Below the pieces are notes generated by a model. The model had not been told where the DNA came from. It ran no database searches and saw only the letters and a list, made by a program, of their open reading frames with translations. The translations under genes were made by a program, and so were the position numbers. From Roseibacillus sp. (lineage in GTDB: Bacteria > Verrucomicrobiota > Verrucomicrobiia > Verrucomicrobiales > Akkermansiaceae), in contig CBDEUM010000012.1 of assembly GCA_965242925.1 (NCBI GenBank), forward strand, positions 96,001 through 160,000: a stretch of 64,000 nt of DNA, in the 5' to 3' direction. This document shows positions 1 to 12,400 of this stretch, piece after piece. Numbering within the stretch: the first letter of the stretch is position 1; each line of letters opens with the position of its first letter.

Positions 1-2
1 GC

Positions 3-851
3 ATCAACATCATCATGCAGCAGCAACTTGGCGGTGATCCGCCCTTCCCGAACGACAACAACCCCATCCTCCAGGCCGTGATCGTCAGAAAGGGTGGGCC
101 GACAATTAAGGAGCGACTGTGGGTTGAGCGCGATGGCGCCGGCAACCTCGTCCTGAATTGGAACAGCCAGATCGGCCGGCTCTATGACATTCGTTCGACA
201 GATGATCCGGTGGCCAATCAGGATCCCACGCTCTGGCCCATCATCCTGACCGACATTGAATCCACACCTCCAGTCAACATGGAGACCATCCCCTTCCCGG
301 GAGATGACAAACGATTCTATGTCTTCGAGGAGAAACCGGTTCCCCCCTTCTTCTCGGAGGACTTCGAATCAGGTGCGGGTGACTGGGTTGCGGTTGTCAA
401 TGACGCCAGTAACAACACCCTCTGGGAATTGGGCACGCCTTCCGGCAGCACGGGCCCGATCACGGGAGCCGACGAATCGGCCAACGCCTTCTCCACCAAC
501 CTGGGAGACTACGGAACGGACTCCGACATCTCGCTCTTCTCACCGCCCCTCGACTTCAGTGGTTTACCAGACGCTGAGTTGACCTTCGAGGCCTTCCGGG
601 ATGCCGACGGCTTCGGGGACACCGCGACTGTCCGCTTCCGCCGGGTCGGTGACGATGTGCAACTGGGACCGGACCATGACTTCGACATGACCGTCTTCGA
701 TACCGACTACACCAGCATCAGTGTCCCGGTCCCGGTCGAGGCCCTTGGCGAGAATGTTCGCATCGAGTTCAACTTTGTCAGCGATGGAACCGCGGACGCC
801 TTCAGCGGTCTCTCCATCGACAACGTGAACGTGGAAGTAGCCGCGCCCTAG
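3..851 (+). CDS. C-terminal part of a large secreted/surface protein, truncated by the window edge, ending in a MAM/jelly-roll-like domain
   Basis: Frame is open from the window start. 'LNWNSQIGRLYDI...FYVFEE' beta-domain, then 'FFSEDFESG..W...W..GTP...L.SP..D...F.F.SD...G..IDNV' (MAM-like), nearly identical to the end of 1325..4906. Confidence 0.8.
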   Translation: MNIIMQQQLGGDPPFPNDNNPILQAVIVRKGGPTIKERLWVERDGAGNLVLNWNSQIGRLYDIRSTDDPVANQDPTLWPIILTDIESTPPVNMETIPFPGDDKRFYVFEEKPVPPFFSEDFESGAGDWVAVVNDASNNTLWELGTPSGSTGPITGADESANAFSTNLGDYGTDSDISLFSPPLDFSGLPDAELTFEAFRDADGFGDTATVRFRRVGDDVQLGPDHDFDMTVFDTDYTSISVPVPVEALGENVRIEFNFVSDGTADAFSGLSIDNVNVEVAAP

Positions 852-904
852 ACCGGATCACTCAATTCTCCAGGCGGTGAGGCCCCTGTGGCTTCACCGC
901 CTTT
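346..904 (+). repeat. Copy 1 of a ~560-bp direct repeat (last 167 codons, stop and terminator)
   Basis: Ungapped match to 4401..4959 at offset 4055. Manual count: about 46 differences in 504 coding nt, 21 amino-acid changes. Confidence 0.95.
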
Positions 905-910
905 TTGTTT
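872..910 (+). terminator. Rho-independent terminator
   Basis: AGGCGGTGAGGCC-cctgt-GGCTTCACCGCCT followed by TTTTGTTT, 20 nt after the stop. Confidence 0.85.
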
Positions 911-1147
911 CCGTGCGCAGGTATGTGAAGGCTGGTGACAGATTTCAGGGAGGGAGGCCTCAACCTCCTTCCTGTCTTCTGGTGTCATCAATCCATCCTG
1001 TGAAGGTGGATGGAAAATGGAGGATCGATAAACCTTTTGAAATATCTTGGTTTGTTCGACTTCTTGCCTTGCGCAGAGCAAACATCTTCTTGCGCTTGAT
1101 CGCTTAAGGAAGCAGAGCCCTGGGATCTGGCTTGCTGGCGATTGCCG

Positions 1148-1175
1148 TTGACCGGAATCCACCAGTGAACAACAT
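1148..1175 (+). promoter_or_regulatory. Candidate sigma70 promoter for the 1325 gene
   Basis: TTGACC-N16-CAACAT, the same architecture as other promoters in the window. Confidence 0.35.
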
Positions 1176-1324
1176 CGGAACAACTAATAATCCAATTCGT
1201 TGATCCCGGATCAACGACCACCATCAGTTGAAACCCTTGCTGAAGCTTTGCCGCAACCCTTCCCCCGGTTGAGCCGCCTCCTTGGCCGACGCCTCCAAGA
1301 ACCGAATCCACAAAACCCAAACCA

Positions 1325-4300
1325 ATGATCATGAAGAAAAACCCACTGAAACTTCTTGTCCTCGCCTCGGGAACGCTCGCTCTGGCCACCATGTCGGCGA
1401 GCTCTGGCACTGTGCCAACCTGGAACTTTGGAAATAATGGTGATGGCACCAACCAGGGATGGACGGTGACCGCTGGCCATTTCGCTAACGATGGCAACGG
1501 CATTGAGCCCGCCCAGGCAAATGGTACCAGGGCTCACGACGCCGCCCACCCGGTTGCGGTCCTCACCTCCCCGACCGTCAATTTCAGCCTCGTCAATGTG
1601 AGTGATACCGACAATGTGATCGATATTCTCTGGGAAGGTGGACAGGGAAACCAGAACGGCTCCCCCAACCCCACGAACCTGGCGGCGGTGATGGACTATA
1701 ACGGCGGCAACACGAACCAAGGCGGTCAGAAAGGCCTCGGCTTCCGCAACCTGACCACCGGGGAATATGATTTTGTCAGCTACGACACCACCGACGGTGG
1801 TGGAATCCAGACGGATTCATTCACCCAGCCTGACCTGGTCGCCAACGGCATCGATCCCGGCGCCAGTTATGAATTGGATTTCTTCACCACCGACGATAGT
1901 GGTTGGGGCTGGACTCGATTGAACGAGGTCAACCTCGATGCCGGTGCGATCGGGCCCGCTGTCCCGCCCTCAGACGACGACAATGACACCCTCTTCGATC
2001 ACTGGGAGCAGGACCTGACGGGCAACCTGACCGACCTGGACGGAACGGCCTGGGACGGCAATGGCGTGACCCCCGGACCCGGCGCGGGAACAGGTGACTT
2101 CGATGGAGATGGCAGCAGCGACAGCCAGGAGCAGGAGGGTGGCACCGATCCCACCGATGATGATTCGGATGATGACGGCCTCACCGATGGGGAGGAAGCC
2201 ACCCTTGGTACCGACCCGCTTAATACCGACAGCGATGAAGACGGCCTGCTCGATGGCGTAGAGACCGGCACCGGCATCTTTGTCGATGCCAACGACACCG
2301 GCACCGACCCCCTCGACACCGACAGTGATGGCGACAATGCCACCGACGGGTTTGAGGTGGGTGAAAACACCGACCCGAACGATGCCGCCAGCACTCCGTC
2401 AGTCCCGGTCATCCAGCCCTCCTTCGTTCCCATCAATGAACTGGCCCCCGGCGCCTACGGACCGGACTTCACCCAGAGAGGAGTGAACTACCAGGAGAAC
2501 CACTACGGCGGCGGCGTCATCTTCAACAACAACGCCCTGAGCAACTACACCGTGCACACCTCGGGAGTTCCGGCCCCCACCGCCTCCTTCGATGCCATTG
2601 AACCCCTGACCGCCCATGGTAATGGCGGGGGAACCATCTCCATCCACAACCGCCCCTGGCTCGACGCTGGCGGGGAGAACTTCACGGCGCGCTACAACGG
2701 CTACCTCGACATGACGGCCTTCAACCCGGGGACCTACAAGATCCACCTCGGGGCCGATGACACCAACTACTTCATCATGAATACCGCAGACGGCGATGTC
2801 ATCTCACAGCACAACTGCTGCCCGGCGAACCAGGAGCACACCTTCACCATGAACATCCCCGGCATGTTCCCCTTCGACAACGTCTTCGGGGAGCAGGGCG
2901 GCGGCGACTGGACCGAAGTCGGCATCAGCGGCCCCGGCATCCCCGGAATCGTGGCCCTCGGTGACACCGCCAACGGCAGCCCCCCGGTTTATCCCATCGG
3001 AGCGGATGCGGAGGACAGTGACGGCGACGATCTCCCGGACGCGTGGGAGACCTCCTGGGCCGCCATCAACGACCTGACCCAGTTGTCCGACACAGGGGAC
3101 TTCGACGCCGACGGGCTCACCGACCTGGAGGAACTCGCCGCCGGAACCAATCCCACCAATGCCGATACCGACGACGACGGGATCGCTGACGGGGCCGAAA
3201 CCAACACCGGCACCTTTGTCAACGCCAGTGACACCGGAACCAATCCTCGCGATGCCGACACAGATGGTGACGGCCTGAGCGACGGAGTGGAGACTGGCAC
3301 CGGCACCTTTGTCAGTGCCACTGACACCGGAACCGATCCGCTCAATACGGACTCCGACAACGATCTCATCAACGACTTTGACGAGACCAACAGCCCGACC
3401 CGGGATCCCAATGTCTCCGAAGCTCCTCAAGCTGGCGACCTCGCCGAGCATCTCACGGTCTACTATAACTTTGATGAGAACCTCCAGGACCAGGCCCACC
3501 TCATCCCGGGGACCGCCAGCACCGCAGCTGACGATCTGGAATTCATCGCACCCCACCCGGGAACCTACGATCCCGGACTCTTCGGAGGGGGCGGCTATTT
3601 CGGAGCGGGCCAGGGTGGCGGTCATGCCCAGACCGCCTTCAGTCCCGATGTCGATGGGGATATCGCCGGGCCCACCCAGGAAATCACCGTGGCGTGGTGG
3701 GGACGGGTCGACGCCTTCACTACCAGCTGGCAGATCGGAGTGGGTCGCGGTGAAGGAAGCAACTGGCGCTTCCACCGCTGGGGCACCAACCCGACCATGG
3801 CCTGGCAGGGAGGCAACAACGACATCCATGCCAACCCCGCGGAATTCAATATTGACGACGGTGAATGGCACCACTTCGTGGGAACCTCCAATGGGGTGGC
3901 CAATGTACGTGCCCTCTGGATCGACGGACAGGAGACGGTTTCCACCACGCTCTCCGGCCCTCTGAATTCCGACCCAAATCTCCCCCTGATGATTGGGGAG
4001 AACCCGGGGGCTCTCAACCGCCAATGGAATGGCGGGATCGACGATGTCGCGATCTGGCGACGCGCGCTGACCGGGGAGCAGATCCAATCTCTCTACCTCG
4101 CCGGCACCAACGGGGAGAGCCTGGGAGACCTCATCAACGGTCCTGGACTTGATCCGCTCGGACTCACGGTCAGCCTCGCCAGCAACGATCCCCTGACCAT
4201 CCGCGCCGAGTTCAATACCCAGGTCGCGAGACAGTATGACCTCCTGGTCAGTCCCGACCTCAACTCTCCGCGTGAATCGTGGACGGAACTGGCCGGGTTC

Positions 4301-4906
4301 CAGGATATTCCGACCGATCCATCCGGACGGGCCAGCGTGGACTTCCCCGCCCCCTACGCGGGAACCGGTTTCATCGCAGTCCGCGAGGAGAGCCTCCCCG
4401 CCTTCTTCTCGGAGGACTTCGAATCAGGTGAGGGTGACTGGGTCGCGGTTGTCAATGACGCCAGTAACAACACCGTCTGGGAACTGGGCACCCCTTCCGG
4501 CAGCACGGGACCGCTCACGGGAGCCAACGAATCGGCCAACGCCTGGTCCACCAACCTGGGGGACTACGGAATGGACTCCGACATCTCCCTCTTCTCCCCA
4601 CCTCTCGACTTCAGCGGTTTACCGGGTGCGGAGTTGACCTTCGAGGCCTTTCGGGATGCCGACGGTTTCGGGGATACCGCGGTTGTCCGTTTTTACCGGG
4701 TCGCTGACGAAGTGCAACTGGGGCCTGACCATGAACTCGACCTGACCGTCTTCGATACAGACTACACCAGCATCAGTGTCCCGGTCCCGGCCGAGGTCAT
4801 TGGCGAGAATGTTCGTATCGAGTTCAACTTTATCAGCGATGGAACCGCGGACGCCTTCAGCGGTCTCACCATCGACAACGTGAACGTGGAAATAGTCGCG
4901 CCCTAG
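1325..4906 (+). CDS. Secreted modular adhesin/lectin-like protein: thrombospondin type-3-like Ca-binding repeats, PA14-like, LamG and C-terminal MAM-like domains
   Basis: Signal peptide MKKNPLKLLVLASGTLALA (start may be 1331). Many D-x-D-x-D-G-L-x-D-x-x-E...GTDP repeats; PA14-like 'FTARYNGYL...LGADD...EQGGGD'; LamG 'DGEWHHFVG...IG...WNGGIDDVAIWRRALT'. Confidence 0.85.
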   Translation: MIMKKNPLKLLVLASGTLALATMSASSGTVPTWNFGNNGDGTNQGWTVTAGHFANDGNGIEPAQANGTRAHDAAHPVAVLTSPTVNFSLVNVSDTDNVIDILWEGGQGNQNGSPNPTNLAAVMDYNGGNTNQGGQKGLGFRNLTTGEYDFVSYDTTDGGGIQTDSFTQPDLVANGIDPGASYELDFFTTDDSGWGWTRLNEVNLDAGAIGPAVPPSDDDNDTLFDHWEQDLTGNLTDLDGTAWDGNGVTPGPGAGTGDFDGDGSSDSQEQEGGTDPTDDDSDDDGLTDGEEATLGTDPLNTDSDEDGLLDGVETGTGIFVDANDTGTDPLDTDSDGDNATDGFEVGENTDPNDAASTPSVPVIQPSFVPINELAPGAYGPDFTQRGVNYQENHYGGGVIFNNNALSNYTVHTSGVPAPTASFDAIEPLTAHGNGGGTISIHNRPWLDAGGENFTARYNGYLDMTAFNPGTYKIHLGADDTNYFIMNTADGDVISQHNCCPANQEHTFTMNIPGMFPFDNVFGEQGGGDWTEVGISGPGIPGIVALGDTANGSPPVYPIGADAEDSDGDDLPDAWETSWAAINDLTQLSDTGDFDADGLTDLEELAAGTNPTNADTDDDGIADGAETNTGTFVNASDTGTNPRDADTDGDGLSDGVETGTGTFVSATDTGTDPLNTDSDNDLINDFDETNSPTRDPNVSEAPQAGDLAEHLTVYYNFDENLQDQAHLIPGTASTAADDLEFIAPHPGTYDPGLFGGGGYFGAGQGGGHAQTAFSPDVDGDIAGPTQEITVAWWGRVDAFTTSWQIGVGRGEGSNWRFHRWGTNPTMAWQGGNNDIHANPAEFNIDDGEWHHFVGTSNGVANVRALWIDGQETVSTTLSGPLNSDPNLPLMIGENPGALNRQWNGGIDDVAIWRRALTGEQIQSLYLAGTNGESLGDLINGPGLDPLGLTVSLASNDPLTIRAEFNTQVARQYDLLVSPDLNSPRESWTELAGFQDIPTDPSGRASVDFPAPYAGTGFIAVREESLPAFFSEDFESGEGDWVAVVNDASNNTVWELGTPSGSTGPLTGANESANAWSTNLGDYGMDSDISLFSPPLDFSGLPGAELTFEAFRDADGFGDTAVVRFYRVADEVQLGPDHELDLTVFDTDYTSISVPVPAEVIGENVRIEFNFISDGTADAFSGLTIDNVNVEIVAP

Positions 4907-4959
4907 ACCGGATCAATCAATTCTCCAGGCGGTGAGGCCCCTGTGGCTTCACCGCCTTT
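4401..4959 (+). repeat. Copy 2 of the ~560-bp direct repeat
   Basis: Matches 346..904, including the 3' UTR. Confidence 0.95.
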
Positions 4960-4965
4960 CCTTTT
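4927..4965 (+). terminator. Rho-independent terminator (duplicate of 872..910)
   Basis: Identical 13-bp stem followed by TTCCTTTT. Confidence 0.8.
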
Positions 4966-5332
4966 GCCCGGCACCCGCACTCCGTTACTCAGTTGGATCC
5001 GGGCGCCGTGACGGAAGGGAATTGGCACCTCGTTACAGGTTGGCCGGCATCAACAGAACCGAAAGACAATCGCCTGCCTCGCTCTCCTCGCGGCCCGGCA
5101 TCTGGAGTGCGCCAACTGAATCTCCTTCCCGCTCTTACCGGCGAGGGAATCGACAACACGTCCGGACATTGGAATCCTGCCCTGAAGAACTCCCCGCCTT
5201 GCGAAAATCGGTGAGGTCTTCCTCCCAATCAGGGAGAACCCCTCTACCCCATGACCAATAATCGGGATCACATGACCTGACCTCACCTCTTTGTTTCCGT
5301 GACCCCTCGCAACCTTCTTCCTATTCTGGCAC

Positions 5333-7747
<2,415 letters not shown>

Positions 7748-7799
7748 CGCATTCCCCCGATGCGATCAGCACGCGGGAACATCACACCACTTCACAATC

Positions 7800-9236
7800 A
7801 TGCCAGATCTTCTCTCCGCCACCACCGACCTGCAGTCGCGTCGTTCCTTCCTCCTCAACTCGGGGATGGGCCTGGGAACAACCGCCCTGGCCTCGCTCCT
7901 TCCGCAGATCGGGGGCGCTGCCTCCAAGGGCCTCCATCACACTGCCAGGGCCAAGCGCATCATCTTCCTCTTCATGGCCGGCGCTCCCAGCCAGGTCGAT
8001 CTCTTCGACCACAAGCCGGACCTGCACAAACTCTTCCGGACGGAACTGCCCAAGTCAGTGACCAAGGGCCAGCGGGTCACCACCATGACCCGGGGACGAC
8101 AGCAATTGGTGGCCCCCACCATGTTCAAGTTCGCGCAGCAGGGAAAGAGCGGAGTCTGGATGAGCGAACTCCTGCCTCACCTCTCCAAGGCGGCTGACGA
8201 CCTCTGCTTCATCCACTCCTTCAACACCAACGCCATCAATCACGACCCCGGAAAGACCTCCTTCTGCACCGGTTCCGAGATTCCGGGCAAACCGAGCATG
8301 GGCGCCTGGCTCAGCTACGGACTGGGCTCCCTCAACAGGGATCTTCCGGACTTCGTGGTGGTCCCCTCCGCATTCTGGAGTGGCCGCGTGAACGTGCAGG
8401 CTCTCTACTCCCGCCTGTGGGGGAGTGGATTCCTTCCCTCCCAACACCAGGGAACTTCCCTGCAGACCGCCGGAGACCCTGTTCTTTTTCTCTCCAATCC
8501 CAGAGGAATCGATGCCGAGGTAAGACGGCGCATGCTCGACACCCTTGGCAAGATGAACGGCAAGCATCATGAGGAAATCGGCGATCCCGAGATTCAGACC
8601 ACCATAGCCCAGCAGGAGATGGCCTTCCGCATGCAGAAGTCCGTACCGGAATTGGCCGACATCTCCGGGGAACCGAAGGATGTTCTCGAAAAGTATGGGC
8701 CGGAAGTGAGTAAACCCGGCTCCTACGCGCGGAACTGTCTCCTCGCCCGGCGCATGGCGGAACGAAATGTCCGCTTCATTCAACTTTTCCACCGGGGCTG
8801 GGATCACCACTCCAGCCTTCCCGGTAATATGCGCGGTCAGTGCCAGGACGTCGATCAACCCACCGCCGCTCTGCTCTCCGATCTGAAAACACGCGGCCTC
8901 CTGGAGGACACCCTCGTCGTCTTCGCCGGGGAATTCGGCCGCACCGTCTTCGGACAGGGTAACATCACCCGCGACAATTACGGGCGCGACCACCATCCAC
9001 GCTGTTTCTCGGGCTGGCTCGCCGGTGGCGGCATCAAGGGCGGCATGCACTACGGCAGGACCGACGATTTCAGCTACAACGTGGTGGAAGATCCGGTCAA
9101 TGTGCGCGATCTGCACGCCACCATGCTGCACCTCCTCGGAGTCGATCACCGCCGCCTGAATTTCTCCTTCCAGGGACTGGACCAACGCCTCACCGGCGTA
9201 GAGGAGTCCCGGGTGATCAAGGAGATCATCACCTGA
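7800..9236 (+). CDS. DUF1501 family (sulfatase-like) Tat-exported protein
   Basis: Twin-arginine 'SRRSFL'; 'AKRIIFLFMAGAPSQVDLFD', 'GWDHH', 'GEFGRT', 'GRDHHP'; usual partner of PSD1 genes. Confidence 0.92.
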   Translation: MPDLLSATTDLQSRRSFLLNSGMGLGTTALASLLPQIGGAASKGLHHTARAKRIIFLFMAGAPSQVDLFDHKPDLHKLFRTELPKSVTKGQRVTTMTRGRQQLVAPTMFKFAQQGKSGVWMSELLPHLSKAADDLCFIHSFNTNAINHDPGKTSFCTGSEIPGKPSMGAWLSYGLGSLNRDLPDFVVVPSAFWSGRVNVQALYSRLWGSGFLPSQHQGTSLQTAGDPVLFLSNPRGIDAEVRRRMLDTLGKMNGKHHEEIGDPEIQTTIAQQEMAFRMQKSVPELADISGEPKDVLEKYGPEVSKPGSYARNCLLARRMAERNVRFIQLFHRGWDHHSSLPGNMRGQCQDVDQPTAALLSDLKTRGLLEDTLVVFAGEFGRTVFGQGNITRDNYGRDHHPRCFSGWLAGGGIKGGMHYGRTDDFSYNVVEDPVNVRDLHATMLHLLGVDHRRLNFSFQGLDQRLTGVEESRVIKEIIT

Positions 9237-9374
9237 TCCGCCCATCCGGGACAGCAGCACCCCTGCCCCCCAACTGTGGTAGCTCGCACAGCCACCGGGA
9301 TGAACCGGCCCAGTGGCAGGGGGCATGAACCTCGTTCTGGAGCGGCATATTTTGGATGTCTCCTCCTTTGTAAT

Positions 9375-9383
9375 TGGTATAGT
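9375..9383 (+). promoter_or_regulatory. Candidate extended -10 promoter element
   Basis: TGGTATAGT (TGn-TATAGT) 36 nt upstream of the 9420 ATG. Confidence 0.4.
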
Positions 9384-9419
9384 CCCTGACCCCCCCACTG
9401 CAACGCACGAACAAAACCC

Positions 9420-12400
9420 ATGACGCTCTTCAGTCGTTCCGCACCAACTCTCTGCCTCCTCGCCATCGGACTCCTGATGGCTTCGCCAGCCTCTGCTCGA
9501 CTCTACATCACGGAGTTCATGGCAAACAACAGGGCAACCATCGAGGATGAGGATGGTGATGCCACTGACTGGATAGAGATCTTTAATTCCGGAACTGAAT
9601 CCGTGAACCTTGAGGGTTACTTCCTCACTGACGCGGCGGATACACTCACCATGTGGAGTTTCCCGGCAGTCGAGATTGCCGAAAACGGCTTCCTGCTGGT
9701 ATTTGCCTCGGAAAAGGATCGTCGTAACCCCGGCTCAGAACTCCATACTAACTTCAGGCTTTCCAGCGATGGGGATTACCTGGCCCTTGTCAACCCGGAC
9801 GGCACTTCAATCGTTGCGGAATTCGGCAGCGAGGAAAACCCTGTTCCTGAACAGTTTGAGGATTCCTCCTACGGCCTCATGCAGGGAGGCGGCCTGACGC
9901 CCACCGTGTTCATCGGTCCGACGCAACAGGCCAGGGTCATCATTCCCGCGGATGACTCACTCGGAGGAGACTGGACCGTGCAGGAATTTGATGACTCCGG
10001 GTGGCCAGCCGCCCAAATGGGGATCGGCTACGACGAGAACAGCACCTATAATCAGGAGTTCGGGACAAATGGCGATCTCGATGATGATTTCAATGGCGTG
10101 AACACATCGGTCTATATCCGTGTTCCCTTCGAGGTCAGCGACCCGTCAACGGTCACCAACCTCACCCTGAAGATGAAATACGATGACGGGTTTGTTGCCT
10201 ACCTCAATGACACCCTGGTTGCCGATGCCAACGCGCCCGGTGGATTAACCTGGAATTCCGAGGCAACAGGCAACCACTCGGACGGCGAGGCGGTGACCTT
10301 CTTGGACTGGAACATCACCTCTTTTGTGAACAGACTAACCGTCGGCACGAATGTCCTCGCCATTCACGGTCTTAATGACGGCCTCACCAGTTCAGACATG
10401 CTGATCACCGCAGAACTCCGCGGCACAAGGATCACCGACCCGTCACTCGGAGGTCCCGGTTACCTGGCCACCCCCTCACCTCGCACCTTCAACGGCGACA
10501 CTTTCGACGGATTTGTCGGTGATACTGCATTTAATATTGACCGCGGCTTCTTCGAGGAACCCTTTGACCTTGAAATCACCTCCTCCACCGAGAGGGCTGA
10601 GATTCGTTACACGCTGGACGGGAGCCCTCCAAGCCCCACAAGCGGACTGGTATACACCGGGCCCATCTCGATAACCGAAACAACAGTGGTGCGTGCCATG
10701 GCTCACCTTGCCGGATTAAGACCGACCAATGTCGACACCCAGACCTACCTCTTTCCCGAGGACGTTGTCAACCAGCCACGCATGCGTACCTCCGTTACCC
10801 GGTCAGCAACCCTTGGTCCCCAAATGGTCAACTCCCTGAAGGCAGTGCCTACCGTCTCAATCGTCACGGACAATCCCGGTCCGTTCCAGAATGAGGGAGG
10901 CAGCAATATCCGCAGTGAGTCGCCGACGTCCGTGGAAATGATCTTTCCCGACGGCAGACCCGGCTTCCAGGAAAACGCCGGGTTAAAGCACTTCGGGGGT
11001 TACTACACTAATTTCCGGAAGAAGAGCTTCCGTATCGGCTTCCGCTCGCAATACGGCGCCACCAAGGTCAACTATCCCCTCTTCGACGGCTTCGAATACA
11101 AGCACTACCCGCCGACCGACCGCTTTGACATCATGGACCTGCGCAGCGGTTCCCACGACATGAGCTCACGCGGTGCCTACATGTCCAACCGATTCACGGA
11201 CGACTCCATGCTGGATATGGGCAACCTTGCTCCGCACGGACGCTTTGTGCATGTCTACCTCAACGGCAGTTACTGGGGACAATACCACCTGCGGGAGCGC
11301 TGGAATGCCGACATGGCTTCAAGCTATTTTGGAGGCCCCAAGGCGGACTATGACGCGGTCAACCTTAATGACGGGTTCCGCAATGATGAGAAAGTCTATG
11401 ACGGTAACGGCGTCTTCTGGAATGAGGCAAAGGCACTGGCATCAGGGTCCAATCCATGGGCAAACAACAATACCAACATCGATGTCGCCAACCTCATCGA
11501 CTTCATGCTGCTGTGGGTAAGCGGCAATTCGGAAAGCGAAGTCAGGCTGCTCGGCTCCAAGGCCCAGGGACAACCCTTCCGCTTCCAGATGAAGGACGCA
11601 GACGGCTACCTGCGCAGCACAAATCGCTCAGTCAGCAGTTCCGGCCCCCTGGATTTGATGTCACGACTGCGCAACGGCAACACGGACTTTGCCATGCTGG
11701 TCGCCGACCGTATCCACATGCACTTCTTCAATGACGGGGCATTGACACCGTCACAAAACATCGAGCGCCTGCAAAAGCGTGTCGATGAAGCCCGGCCGGG
11801 ATTTATTGCCGAGTCCGCGCGCTGGGGCAATCGCTTTCGCGAATATCAGGACTGGCTCAATTACCAGCAGAACCTGGTAAACAACCACTTCAGGGGGCTC
11901 ACCAACACCATGATCGGACGCTTCAGATCTCAGGGAATGTATCCCGACATCATTGCACCGGTGTTCAGCCAGCATGGCGGATCCGTCCTCCCTGCTACCC
12001 CCGTCACCATGTCAACGGATGCGGACACGATCTACTACACCCTGGACGGAAGCGACCCCCGCCTCCCCGGAGGAGTTCCCAACCCCACCGCCTCCCTTGC
12101 CTCCTTCGGTGGCGGGAATCCAGCTGATCCTCCCCAGACCTTCATCACCTCCGGACACGTATGGAAATTCCTCGATGACGGCAGCAACCAGGGCACAGCC
12201 TGGCGCCAGAACGGGTTCGATGACTCCTCCTGGTCCCAAGGTCCCTCCGAACTCGGCTACGGCGACGACGGAGAGGGATCGGGCACGACCCTCTCCTATG
12301 GACCGAGCAACAGCAACAAATACGCCACCACCTACTTCCGGACCGACGTGGACATCCCCGACCCCTCCAGGTTCCTCCGCTTCACGCTCCGGTTGAAGTA

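Noticed and set aside
946..1014. Two hairpins in the 911-1324 intergenic region as a riboswitch
   Set aside because: Short stems with no recognisable aptamer consensus, and they lie upstream of the candidate promoter.
346..4959. Duplicated C-terminal region as a diversity-generating retroelement TR/VR pair
   Set aside because: Differences are not adenine-specific, about half are synonymous, both copies are coding, and there is no reverse transcriptase in the window.
5023..5036. Sigma54 -24/-12 promoter (TGGCAC...), also at ~44810
   Set aside because: The spacing to a TTGC element is wrong in both cases.
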